NCBI GenBank assembly: GCA_030141605.1
Contig: JAQGDQ010000149.1
Coordinates: 359,789 to 423,788, forward strand
Length of the DNA stretch: 64,000 nt
Source of the DNA: Tubiluchus corallicola
Taxonomy: Eukaryota; Animalia; Priapulida
Direction: 5' to 3'
Positions 16,711 to 49,833 of the stretch are shown one piece after another. Every line of letters begins with the position of its first letter. The stretch's first letter is position 1. The translations under genes and the position numbers were made by a program. Under the pieces are notes generated by a model. It was not told where the DNA came from. It did no database searches and saw only the letters and a list, made by a program, of their open reading frames with translations.

Positions 16711-19700
16711 ATGACTGAGTGGATAATTGATTCTGTTGTTGGTTTTTTACGTAGTCCTATGTGGGTAGTGCCCATTCTGACTTTCATTGAAGAACAATCT
16801 ATTAGTAAGTTTTTAATGAAATTTTATGTATTGATGTGATTATGTGCTTCGTATTTTATTAAAGTACGCTTGAATTTATCTAACTTGTTTCCATTTGTTA
16901 ATCTGGTTTAAGCATTGTATACACTATACAGGTAATATAAATGTAACTCATTAATTTAATTTTCCTTTTTGACGATTTGGATTTTGGTATAGATATAGAT
17001 GTTAACATACCCTCATTTTTCTTTCAGTATTTGATCCAGGTGTACCAGAAAATGAGGAATACAAAGTGAAACATGCAGATTATCGGAATTTGGTAAGATT
17101 AAAGATAAAAGTGCACACTTGTAAATGCCATGTGTTTTACAACTGGTAAAATTGGTGAAAAAGCAGCATTTTAGACCTAACCATAACTGAAGAGCAATCT
17201 TATTACTGGCTAGTTAAATAACTAAGCTCCATTTCATCTAATTTGAATTTGAGTAAAGTAAACCAAGACCATGACACTGCCTCGTTGAATACATAGATAG
17301 TAATTGCTAATGAGTAGTTTTTAGTAAAATCCAAACTCATAACGTAAGATGTGAGGAAGAATTACAATCACATTTCTATTTAAAGAGGCTCTATATTATT
17401 TCTCTCAGTATACGTACATGTATATAGGTTATACTTGGCTAACACCACATATAGCATGCAACATATCATACAGTTTGTCTCAATTTTGAATTGTGTCAAT
17501 AGGGTAGTTTTTTATTTTAAAATATGGGTCCTCACATGCTTTATTGAGTTTAGTGAAAACTCAAATATTAATATTTTAAAATTTGTGATAGGGAAAGTAA
17601 CATCAGTGACGTTAATCACTCATCTGTGGTCATCTAATATCCCTTGACTGTGTCTGTATCCAAACCAGCCAAAAATTTAATTGTTTACACTTAATTTTCT
17701 TTTATGACTAATATATCATGGTACCCATGTTATGTTATGTTACATTAATTATCTGACATGTGATGTTACAGTCACAAGCAATGAAGCATTAGTGTGTTTT
17801 TCAAACAAAATCTATGCGTGTATGCAATGAGATAATAATTCAATGATCATTATAGCTATATGAGTTATTGGCAAAATTAGTATGCGTTAGGGAACAATAG
17901 GTGCAAGCTTGCAACCTTTGTACAAGTACAGCTAACCTGAAAACCCACAGTTAAGTGGGTTTTGATCAATATTGTCACTGAATACCAGGCATGCATTTCA
18001 TGTCTGACTGGTACACCTTAGCAACTGTCAATGGTATTCATTCAAGCAGGCGCAATCAATGGTTGCAACTAATCCTATACCTGCTATTTTTACTTTTAAT
18101 TGCTCCAACTCTTACCAGATGTATTGATAGTTTTTATATTTGTGTAATAATTAAAAACTATGCCTCTTATTTTGAACTTTTGCCTAATTATTATACATGT
18201 AATATATACGTGGCACTAACAAAGTGTTTTCTTTTAATGTGCCTGTATACCTGTAACATTCTGATGTGAAACTTTCTTTTAATCTCCATCCACTTAACTT
18301 AAAACTAATGATAGTGCTTATAACTTACAATCATGGCATAACCAAGAATATAAATAAGTGTGGTAACTGCTGAATAATGCTTTATCTCCATGTTCCAATT
18401 TTGGAAAACCTTTTATGAATATAGTGTATTACAATTCGATTCTTGTAGCGAAGGTTCACCTGTTTTTTATTTTTTAGGTAGGTTTATTAATGAACAGTTA
18501 CCTCGAGGACATGAACCTGAAACAAGAGGAGTTTATTAAAGCATGTGAGGATCAAACTTCTAAATCATCTGTACAATATCACCAGGTAGTTTTTCATGTC
18601 CTTTTCTTTCTGTTGAGAAAATCTTATACAGGTAAATAAGCTGAATCAAAGTTTTGAACTAGGTGTTTACTACTTCTGTGGACCATTCTATGGGTTTACC
18701 ACTGTCCTGGTTACCAGGCATTCTGTGTTGTTCTTCTGGTCGCTAATACAATGTTGCAAAGATCCAAAATTATCAAATCTATTTTTTCAGGGTCTTTTTG
18801 AACAGATATGGGCTGCAGATGACTATGAAGTCTTCAAACGAATGATGACTCAGAAAAATGTAGAACTCGAGCTTCAGGTAATATTGCCAGTTTAGGTTTC
18901 AGTAGCGGAAAGATGCTGTTACGTATAATAGAAGTACTGTGAAATGAAAAGTTACTGCTGCTGCTGCATTGGCAGTTCTTTCTTTTACAGTTTCAGTCTT
19001 GCTTAGTGCTTAAGCTAAATGCAGCATAACAGGTTTTGTCTCTAATTTTTAATGTATTCATTGGCAACTGACTGCCTACTGTTGTAGTATATTTGGGTTC
19101 TGATTGGTCTCTATAATGGAAAAGCTCACTGACTACATATAGTTGCCCCAGTTCCCTTTTTGGCACATTTAAGCTTACATTTGTTTAGACACTGAACCTT
19201 TTGTTCTTTTGAATAATAGAGCAAAGCCACTATATTTGTTACATTCTGAAATATTTTTCTCGGTTTTGATTTTTAAAAACACAGTGAGTAGCACTTAAAA
19301 TATTAAAGTCATACAAGAAAAGCTTTATAGGACTTTGAAATGTCAACCTTTTAAGTATTCTACTTCTTGGAGAACCTGTTTTGCACAAAATGTGATTAAG
19401 TTATCTAGCTGAACAAATTTCCATAGCACACCATTTAAGTTTGATATAAATAATATTGCCCATCTTGCTTTAAATATTCTTCACAGAAGCAACAATTCAT
19501 GCTTCACTCTTACATAATTTTATATAACAGTGTGTATATTTAAAAATTTTCAAAAATTGTTGTGCAGTATTTGTTGCTGCCTTTGTATGTTCATAATAAC
19601 GATTTTAATAATAATTTTTTGCAATTTTATTTGCATTTGTTTCGTCAAGGTGTTGCAGCAAATTCAAGAGAGAAATGGCGTTGTGCCAGAATCACTGAAG

Positions 19701-22700
19701 CCTGGTCCCGAGTCTTCTACCTTGTTTTCTCTGCCGTATGATAAAAATGAGGAAGAAATATTAAATGAAGTATTAAGGTAATCTTAAATCACAAATCTCT
19801 GTTGCTTTTTCTGACTTTTAGTGTATGCTTCTGGTATATTGATTGCTCATGAATTTATAGATTTCTCTTCCCCCTCTTCCCATTAAAGCAATATAGTGAA
19901 TTTGCATATGTAAGCATAAGTATATTTATAAATAATTATATTATTAACAATAGGTGACTTACTTTGAGATTGAAGTGTTTTGACCCAATTAACCAACTGA
20001 TTCAATTAGCCAACGGGTGTACCCTATTTCTACTATACAAGTATGAGTCATGACTCATCACCTTAGTATGTATTACAATGGCTTTAAGTGATTTTTAGAA
20101 AGGAATTAATGTCAAAATTCCTATGTGCAATGTTGTAAAAATACTAATTTATATAAGTGAATTAATAGAAAAAGAAAAGAAAAAATTACACAAATCTGAT
20201 TGTTACCACTAAAAATTACAAAAATTCATGCCAGGTTGGTTGCTTCATTTCTTCACGAAGAAGTTGGTTTATTTTTCTAATGATAAAAACTTTGAAAATC
20301 TGTTTCTGTATACTGCACATATTGACACAAAACACCAAGTTCACTTTGAGCTGCAGCTGGTGACGACCTTCAAAAATAAATCACTGGGCAAGTGATTAAC
20401 TGTTTAGCTTCCAGAAACAACGAGGTTAACTGCAGTGGACAAGCGGGTGACATATTCAAAGCAAAACCACTACGCTAAAATATTTGTGCCTGTGACAAAT
20501 GTACTGTACCTGCTTACAAGCAAAGCTGTACCTAACGTGACTGTTTCTACCTATATTATAGTGCACAGATTCGAGGTAAAGATGACATAACGGTAATAAA
20601 AGTTCTTTGGGTCCACACAAGTGTCTTATTTTAAGTATGTGAAGGAAAAATATTGAGTCAATTGTGCAGAATAATTTAAATCAATTACAGACACTTGTTA
20701 TTTACATTTGAATAGGAGCAGCCCCTACCACACGTTTTTGAGTCAATTAGGCGACTGATTATATTAACCGTGAGTCTAATAAACGGCACCTGCTGTGTAT
20801 ATACATATATGTCGTATATATATATATATATATATATATATACTTATAAATGAAGAATTCATTTGTGATGTTATTCTGAACTTGTTCCTTGTGTTTATGT
20901 AAAAATATGTAAAAAAATGTTTATGTAATTCTTCATTGATAATCTCTACTAGACTTTTCCGTTATTACCTTGAAAACCTGGTAATTAATAGTGTTTTATG
21001 TAGCTTTGCATATCAGGAATAATGTTTTCCTTTTTTATAGTTTTTATTAGTCCTAAACTAATAGTTTCAGTTTTTGTGTTACTAAATAAAGTATTTAGTT
21101 TAGTAAGTTGTAAGTTGTAGGTAGACTATAAACTAGCTTAATTAGGAATCTTTTGTTTTTTAAGTATTTTCCAAAGTAATAGTAGCTTTTTGTTTATCAA
21201 AATGATGTATATGTGTAACCAATAGCAATTTTGCTCTAGGTTGTCAAAAGAAGAATATGAGAGAGAAAAGGGTAAAAAACAAGGCAAGAAAATGGTCGAA
21301 GAGGAGGCATTGGAAAGAGCAATAGCTAATTCTAACGATGAAAAGCTCAAATTGGAAGAGAAGGCCCGTAATGAACAAGAATTGTTTGATAAGGCAAGTG
21401 GTACTGTTTTTGAAAAAATACACACGCTACATTTTCTAGTCAACATTAATTAGTTAATAGCAAAACAGTGATAAAAAATTTGTTGCTCATCAAAAGTTAA
21501 CCTTGGGTTGTCATGCTTACAAGGCTGGTACACTGCCAACTAGACCACCAATTGTCAGTTGGAAAGCAATGTTATTCTAATCCCTTTATAATGACTGAGC
21601 CTTTTCACAACAGCATGCCATCTTGTGCAGGTGTGCTATCCTATGTGTGTACACGGATGAAGAAGCAACACAGCAAAACCACAAAATTTCTCCTACTTAG
21701 TACTCATTGGTGAAAAAAAGAAATACTCTTCATAATTATTCTTTTTTAATATTAGTCAAGATTTTGTTTTTTGTTTTTACAGTTCAGAATTAATGTTATG
21801 TACAACTCTTACTAAGGATAATTTTTATGGTATAACTGCAACCATAGATCACGGATACCTAATTACATATCTTTCAGTATTTTATGCATAATCTGGCCCT
21901 TCAGCAATAATGCTTTTGTATTATCTTACGGGCAAATGAAGTGTATAAGTGTAAAATACATTGGGCCTAACGAAGTAATCTTTTCAATAGTGGATTTGAT
22001 TCATTAAACTCACTTGAATATCGTATATATTAATTTCGGTGGTATGGGCTTAAAGTATATAATATATACATGTATATATATGATATAATATATGTAATAT
22101 ATTACTAGCAAAGGCCCCGCAAAAAATTTTAAATACACTTATAATCAATATAATACGTGAACATCCTACATAGTCCTCATTTATAACACAAAACCAGTAG
22201 CAGCTTTTACTGAATTAAAGTTGTAAGGTTATAAGCAGAGTATGAGTATAATGAATGACGTCAGAACAATGGCTTTGCATCAGCAGTTTTCCAAGAGAAA
22301 ATTGCCAAAAATGGAACATCTAGTTAACTCATTGTCATTCCTCTTGGTGGGCGTGTCCTAAAATATAGCCTACATCATCATGTAGCCCTGTTCTTCCTCT
22401 TTCTAAAGAGCCATATATCTCCTTCCAAGAGTCACACTAAGCACCGCTAGAACGTTTTTTCAACAGGCCGTTTGGCCAAAATTTCCGGGAAAACGCCCTT
22501 TGCCGGGATCTGTGTTCCCGTCGTGAATTCTAAATATGCCTACTACACCCACCGCTGAACGGGCTATCTATCCATGGCTGGCACCGCCGTCGGCCCATTC
22601 CCAATTCTCCAGAAATAAGAAACTCATTTTTTGGCCATTTTTTGCAAAACTTGTGCCTCTTATTTCTGGAGAACTGGAATGGGCTGGGGGCTGTGCTGGC

Positions 22701-25700
22701 AGTGGTTGAATAAACCGTACAATGGTGGGTGTAGTAGTCGTATTTAGAATTCGCCGGAGGGTCACTGTGCCCCACAACGGGTGTTTTCCCGGACCCAACT
22801 CCTGATTTTTTCAAAAGTTTTTATGAAGCAGCCTGTAGAAAAACATTCTAGCGGCGCCTAGAGAACAAAATAAACTTTAATGCTGATTGTAGTAAATATA
22901 ATTCGTTTATAGAGTGATGTGGGTTTCTTATCAAAATGTTTCGTAAGCTCACTCACAAACTAATATATCATGAATTTCTGCAAAAGTCAATTATATATTC
23001 ACCATAAAATATAGAAGATAATTGCTTTCTAGCTAAGCTGCAGTTCTCCTATGAAAACATAACTTTACATTGACAATTCTATGATAATTATATGGTAATA
23101 ATGACTAACTTAATTATGGATACCTATATAACTGGGGCCATGGTAATAATATATTTTATAGGCTATGGAGTTGTCCATTACAGGGAAGATTTCAATTATA
23201 GTAGTACATTAAATATAAATTAATTATGACTACCTGTTACCATATAATAATCATAATTGCTTTCATAGGCTATAAAGTTATCCATAACAGAGAAGATTCC
23301 AGTTACTCTAGCACCAACCATCAGTACTTCTGTAATTGAAACAGGCTCATCCCATGGAAAAACTAAAAAGGCAGCAAAATCCACTGCAAATCAGCATTCT
23401 GCAAAAGATCTACCACCTATCTCAAAGTCGGTGAAATCTACTGCAGGTCATCCTGAGAAAGTAGCCGTAGAGCAAACATTTGTCTCAATGTCTTCGTAAG
23501 TTTAATTTCTTTGGCAGTTTGCCATTATTCTAGCAAATTATAAATTTTTGTAGTAACTCCCTGAATTATAGCTCAGAGCTGTATAGCGTTTTACAACTGC
23601 AGTTTATTTTATATAAAAAATGGCTGTTTACATTAAAATATACATAAGGCTAGACTCTTAGGTATTACATGATCTTATACCATATCACTCGGTGTCTATG
23701 TTTAGCATTGAAGAAAAGAATTTGCAGCAATAAAATCCAAGTTCTAAACTATGTGTATTCACTTAATTATAATAGACCATGAATTTTTAAAACAGGCTCT
23801 GGATGCTAGAAAAACTGGGGTATTTGTCAAGCATCTGTGGTGCACTATTCTTGGCTTAACAAGACATGATCTGTACTCAAAATCAATGGTGGTTTCATGT
23901 TTCAAGAAATGATTCTGTCTAGCTGTGCTTTGTATTTCACTATATAACAGTTTTTCTGATGTATATTGATTTGAACTGATAAAAAAATTATTGCTAATGT
24001 TGATTTTTTGGCAGGGAAGCAAATAAGTCATCTATTTTTTCAAAGAAATCTGGGCAGAAAAAGAAAGATCAAGATACTCAGCAAAATGATACATCAAAGC
24101 AAAAGAAGCAGCTTGTGAACTTACCAAAAGAAGAAGCAGTAACAGTAAAAACACCAAAGGTTTGTGCTGAGTATTATTTTTTATTTCCAGATGTACATAA
24201 TACATAATACCTAAACATTTTTCCTCTATAGACATGGCATGTCATGGCAGTATCATCTTGCAAAATTTAAGGACTATTTTCTTTTCCTTTTTATAGATTA
24301 TATTTTAATTTCACTAAATTTTATATTGTTTTTTATAATAATATACCATTTTAAGTGTTAACGTAATTTGTTTGCCTGCAGATTTGAATTTTTAATAATG
24401 TAATGATTATACTTGTCATAGTATTTTCATGAAACCTAAGCCTTGTACTATAGGCAATACTTTCACTTTCAATGTGGTGTTTAATGATCAATTTCTTCTC
24501 TGCCGTTGAAGCTATTTTTAACTGTGGAAGTCAGTTCATTACTGTGGACTTTTTGATATGAAGATTTTAAATACTTATAAATAAAAAAATACTACCCACA
24601 ATTAATGATCAATTTCTTCCCTGTTGTTGAAGCTATTTTTAACTGTGGAAGTCAGTTCATTACTGCAGACTTTGTAATATGCAGATTTTCTATTGTTCCT
24701 TGACTGTATAAGGTGTGTAAGTGATTGATCCAGGTAACTTGATTTGATGTTTTCTCTTTCAAAATGCACTGCACACTTGGTGACTATTCAAAGTTTTATG
24801 AGTTAAAGATGAATAGTGTGTGCAATCACAGTGAACAGTTCAAGCTCTTAATTATTTATGATTTCTGTATGATTTCTGTAATTAACTACATCGAGTTATA
24901 TTTGTACGGTATTAGTATATGTAGTTCTAACTGAAATGTCAGCAATATGGAAGATGTGTGATACAATTAGTAACATTATGCCAGTCAATAACTGTGTGTA
25001 GGTTCTACTGCTTCTTATAGCTCAAGATTATATATAATACATGTATGAACTGCAGATTGTCACAATATTATAAAACGTGCATTTTACTTGTTTTAATGTG
25101 ACATCAGTATGTCACTTCATAGTTTTTGTTAGTTTTAGGAGTTTTTTAAGGATGTCGTAATAGCAAGAGGAAGAGACTAGCTATAATCCAGCTGTAGGTT
25201 AAATTGTCTGTGATTAAATCTGTTATTCAAAATCTTTTGACTTTTTAGGAAAAACAAACAAGCTTAAATTCAGCAAGTGGCTCAGCTAGCTTGGGAAAAT
25301 CTTCACATTCACAACAACTAGAGAGAGTAAGCAAACCGAATACTAAAGTTTACAATTAATGTTCCTGTTTCCTGTCAAATATGCTATGGAAAAATGCTCA
25401 TTGTCCAATAGTACAGTCAAACTTCGTTATACAGCTTCTCGCTATAACGCCAACTTTTGGCATGTCGAGATTTCCACAATATATTAATTATAGGGCATCA
25501 CCAATCTCGCCTGCCGCCATCTGTCAACGTATCCGCTATGCCAGAGGTATTTTACATGATAAATCTACCATATTATAATGCCCACTCATTCATCGAAACA
25601 GCCCTCAGTCCACTCTGCCATACAGATGTAACTATATTGCCTTTTATGCTGCTGTTAGAAACTTTATCACTCATTAATATTGCAGACATCAGCAGCATCC

Positions 25701-25973
25701 ATGCTGAATCAAGACGAGATCAAGCGTCGGGCAGAGTATCTTCGACAACAGCGAGATAAACTTGTCGCCATGAAGAAAGAGGAGAGAGCAAAACGTCTTA
25801 TTAACTTTGAAGGCTCACAGTCTAAAGAGCGTCCAAAGTCATCGAAAGCCGCTCAGTCTGTGATAGCGAATAAAGGCAGCCAGCCAGCAGTTGATGAAAA
25901 GACGTTAGCAATGCGTGTTGCATTGGCTCAAAAACTCAAACAGGAAGTTGTTGGTAAAGGTGGCGAAACCTAA
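16711..25973 (+). CDS. CFAP36: Cilia- and flagella-associated protein 36 (CCDC104/BARTL1, ARL3 effector), ~457 aa
   Basis: Exons 16711-16804, 17028-17092, 18478-18585, 18791-18877, 19650-19777, 21240-21393 (GC donor), 23269-23495, 24015-24159, 25249-25326 and 25686-25973 join in frame. Motifs: EWIIDSVVGFLRSPMW, AADDYEVFKRMMTQKNVELELQ, QERNGVVP, RAEYLRQQRDKL, LAQKLKQEV. The low-complexity middle exons are less certain. Confidence 0.9.
20815..20842. repeat. (TA)14 microsatellite
   Basis: Directly visible in the sequence. Confidence 0.95.
22435..22863. mobile_element. GC-rich MITE with ~30-bp TIRs, possibly CACTA/EnSpm-like
   Basis: Left end CACTAAGCACCGCTAGAACGTTTTTTCAACAGGC matches the reverse complement of the right end, CTCTAGGCGCCGCTAGAATGTTTTTCTACAGGC. 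Superfamily is tentative. Confidence 0.65.
24481..24690. repeat. Local direct duplication of ~87 bp in a CFAP36 intron
   Basis: TTAATGATCAATTTCTTC...GTGGAAGTCAGTTCATTACTG...AGATTTT occurs at ~24481 and ~24602. Confidence 0.9.
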
Positions 25974-26899
25974 GTTGTGTTTATGAACCATATACTATAT
26001 TTTGAATTTTATGTTGAGGCAGATTCCTGCTGACTCAAAAAGCTAACACCTACAGGGTTAAGGATATTTAGCAGCACTGCCTTAGTTAAGTAATCATGAA
26101 GTTAGCGGTTGTTTCACATCTTTCTGATCAACTGTCCATTTGAATCTGATAATTTAGGATCCGATTTGTTGGACTTGACTGAAATGTGTCATATGCACAC
26201 TTCGCTTTCATACAAGACACATTTTTCTGGGTTATCCTTAAGTCATTTAGCCTGGTTCAGTATTATTATACTGTGGTACCGTTTTCTTTTTATGTATATA
26301 AATATATATGTATGTATATGCTTCCTCAAGAAATCTCTTTTTCTGTCTTTCTACATATACTAATGAAGTCAGATAGTTATCCAGTTTTTTACTAAGATAT
26401 TCATTGTTTTCAGCTTAACTGTGCGGAATTGTCTCTCTAATGTATGTTATCATAGGCTGCAGCTCGAGTAGTAATTATTGATGGAAAGCCAGCCGCAATG
26501 AGTCAAATGTGTTTGCTAAAATTATATTATATTAGCTTTTTGTGGTAAGACCCATTGGTTTATTCACATATACTGACAAATATCTAGCTAATGAGAACCA
26601 AACAATGAGGCAAATAAATATTTCAATGTAATTATTTTACCCCCCCCCCCTGCACAACAAGTCCTAAAGCAGTTCTTGGCTTGCAGGACTAAAGCAGATT
26701 AGATGTAGTAGATTAATGTACCAATTCTTTTTCCGATCGCAATACTAGAGTTGGCAGCAAAACGCCTGTGTTGCAAAGGACCCATTTTGTTAGGTATTCT
26801 TTGCGTGTCTTGTTACTTCTAGGCAATGCAAGTTACATAACACCTTATTGCCAGCCTGATACTTCTCATAGTTTCCTGCAGTGGCGACTCATAGATAAG

Positions 26900-27270
26900 A
26901 TTAGTGGGGGGTGCTCAGAAAACTTTTACTATTGTTTTAATATTGTTTAAAACGAAAGAAACAGTCACAGAACTTATTTCTTGGGAATGACTAAATTAGT
27001 TAAATTTTCTGTAAAACAAAGTAACCGAAAAAATTATGAATTAAATAGAATGGCTGGAAGCATGATAATCATCTATTAAGTGTAGAATAGATGATTATCA
27101 TGCTTCCAGCCATTCTATTTAATTCATAATTTTTTCGGTTACTTTATTTTACAGAAAATTAGATTTATTTACTCATGGCCTCTGCATTTCCAAGAAATAA
27201 GCTCTGTGGCTGTTTCTTTTGTTTTAAACAATATTAAAACAATGGTAAAAGTTTTCTGAGTACCCCCACT
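26900..27270. repeat. Long inverted repeat (fold-back) with 8-nt loop at 27078-27085
   Basis: Inner arms ~27004-27077 and 27086-27160 are reverse complements with one mismatch. Outer arms ~26900-26990 and 27185-27270 are clearly related but more diverged. Confidence 0.92.
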
Positions 27271-27888
27271 ACTTACACAACAGGGCTGGCACTGCGTGAG
27301 CGACACTCTACCTAGCATGCAGCTTCTTATCTGCATATGTGGGCATGGTCGCACGCGCACAAAAGCCAACTGTGACGCTCACAGTGCTCTAGTTCCATAC
27401 AAGGATTTACAAGTACATGCAAGTATAACGAAAGAATTAAAGAAGAGTCATTATATTGAATCTCTGTTTCTGTTTCCTGTTCTCCTGATCTGCCACTGGT
27501 CTCCTGTTTTACTAAGAAAAGTTATTTTCGATACGAACTGATTTTATACAACTGTTGAGTTTTTGTCGTAGAAGCTAGAATACTCAAAATACTTTTTTGC
27601 ATAATCCAAATATTTAAAAGCAAAGCAAAGCTGGGTGAAACCATAGTATGCAGTGGTCACTAAAAAATTTAAAGATCCTAGACGTGACGTGATGTTAAAC
27701 TAAAAATTGTCAAAACACAAGATTGCCAGACTCACTTTTTGCAGACATTTTGTACTCTTTGTTCTGCTGACAAGCTACTAGTGGTTTGTGTTTAAATTCT
27801 TTGTCTATAATAGACACAGGAGCATTTGATTATAAACAGATGCTGTTACATAACTTTCCAGATTTTGTTGTATTCAAGTCAGCATGAT

Positions 27889-28124
27889 GTACGAAAATTA
27901 TAGGTAAACCGTGTTACCAGGATGCAATTGTTTAAGTTAGTGAAATTTGTGTATTAATTTGTATTTTTTAGACGTTTTAAACCAGAACATATCTAACTTC
28001 ATGAATACATACGAAAACGTTAGATAAACTATGTTACCAGGCTGCAATTATTTAAGTTAGCAAAATTTGTGTATTAATTTGTATTTTTAGACATTTTAAA
28101 TGAGAACATATCTAACTTCAGGAA
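27889..28124. repeat. Tandem duplication of ~120 bp
   Basis: TGTTACCAGG(A/C)TGCAATT...AAATTTGTGTATTAATTTGTATTTTT...AGAACATATCTAACTTCA occurs twice. Confidence 0.9.
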
Positions 28125-29987
28125 CATGCTCTTAATACCTGATTATTATGTTCCTGTAAAATGTGAACAATGCACCCGACTGCAAATGTATACGAAAAAA
28201 TGCAATTATTTCATTTCCTGAAATAAGCAAGTATTATTTCCTGCATCATGCTTATGATGCCAGATGAACTATCATTGCCTATCTGTTTTTTTTTTCTGTT
28301 CAACCTTAATAAGTAAATGCATGTTTAACAATATACCTTACGTTTTCGTACATTTACTTCATAAACAATGCAGTATGACATCTTATGGCACTAAGTTTTA
28401 TAGAAATGCGACGATGGTTCAAGGCGCGCACACAGGCAATCGTAAGGAAGCAACACCACATAACAAAACTGATTTTTTTCTGTTGCTCAACCACTTATTT
28501 ATTGGTAAGATTTTTTCAAATTTTTCAATTTTCTTACACTTATTTAAAAATATTACTTTCAGATAACTGATAACTACAAGCAACGCCCAGCAGAACTTGT
28601 GCTACGATCTGAACACTTTATATAAAAATGCTTCTGCTATGTAATCAAAGCTTACAGTCATCACAAGGTGAAACAAGAGTTCAGTTATTCGTATGAAAAT
28701 GTAACTACAAAAACTAGAGGATACAAGAAAATAAGATTTATGCATAAAGTGCACATAATAGGTGAAACAATTAAGCCAACTGCTTAGGTAGATTAACAAA
28801 TGGCCATTACTTTGATGTTTTTGTGGAATTTCTGTGTGATTACAGAAATTGTAATAAAATGTGTAAAATTCACTTTATCTAGCTACAACAAGGAATGAAT
28901 TATTTCTATAGATCTGGGATCCATATTACTGACTAACCATTCTCCTACATACAAAATTTATTAGTAATAAGTTCAAATTATTTTACACACCAAAAAGGTA
29001 ATGCATCTTAAATAAATTTTTCTCATCGTTTTCCCAAAATGCCCATTAAACCAAAACTTGTTTTCTGTTTACCTTTGCTTGTTTGAATACAGAAAATCAG
29101 TAACTGCAAAAATGGATAAACTAACAAAGATCTCAATCAGAAACTACGTACTGCTGAAAATATGATTACACTGTCCAGGAGACACCATAAAATATTAGTG
29201 TGACCATCAAATGAATCGCATAAAACTGCAGAAGAAATAAACACTATTGCATCAGGATTTCAGTAGTTATTATATTTTGTCTATACATTGTAGGAGCCAT
29301 TATAAAATCATCAAATACAGCATAAAAAGAAACCAGCTTGCAGCGTAATAATATGCTGAATGCTGAACTGCAGTTCTCTTAAATCATAGTTCAATGTAAA
29401 TTACATTTTGTAGTAAAAACTACAATATAAATGCAGTTATTTTAAAATTGGCCACCTGGACATTACACAGACAGAAATATATATATATATAAAATCTATG
29501 GCTGCAACACATGCTAAATGACTACGTAAGCACAATCTATACAGGTGGTATTTAGTGTTCTAAGAAAAATCATGAAGTAATCAATATATACAACTGACAA
29601 TATTACTACATGGTACTGTACAACATAGTTTGATCATGATGAACTGTACAAAAAATAACTTTGCACATAATGATGTGATTCACTTCTACATGAATTATCA
29701 CTAACAATACATAATAAGAAATGCCCCTGACGTAATCTACTTCATGCATGACTTGTTCCCACTTTTGAGATAAGAATCAGCTAAAACTGAAGTTTTTACA
29801 ACTGTAAAGCTACGTGTCATCTGTAAAGGAACTCATCTAACTGGACCAGCAGATTTTACCAAGTCTTAAAATCACATGGCATGGCAGTAAACTGAGATTT
29901 AATAAATAAACTTCAGGAAGTCAGACACCAGGGGTTTCTAAAAATTAACCAAAAAATGTATAGTATACACAGCGGTGATCATTGTTG

Positions 29988-49833
<19,846 letters not shown>

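Noticed and set aside
22100-22900. Helitron-like element surrounding the MITE
   Set aside because: Only a vague ACTAG start; I could not verify a 3' hairpin plus CTRR end.
24481-24690. Duplicated intronic unit as paired C/D snoRNAs
   Set aside because: There is only an imperfect C-box-like ATGATCA, with no terminal CTGA D box and no closing stem.
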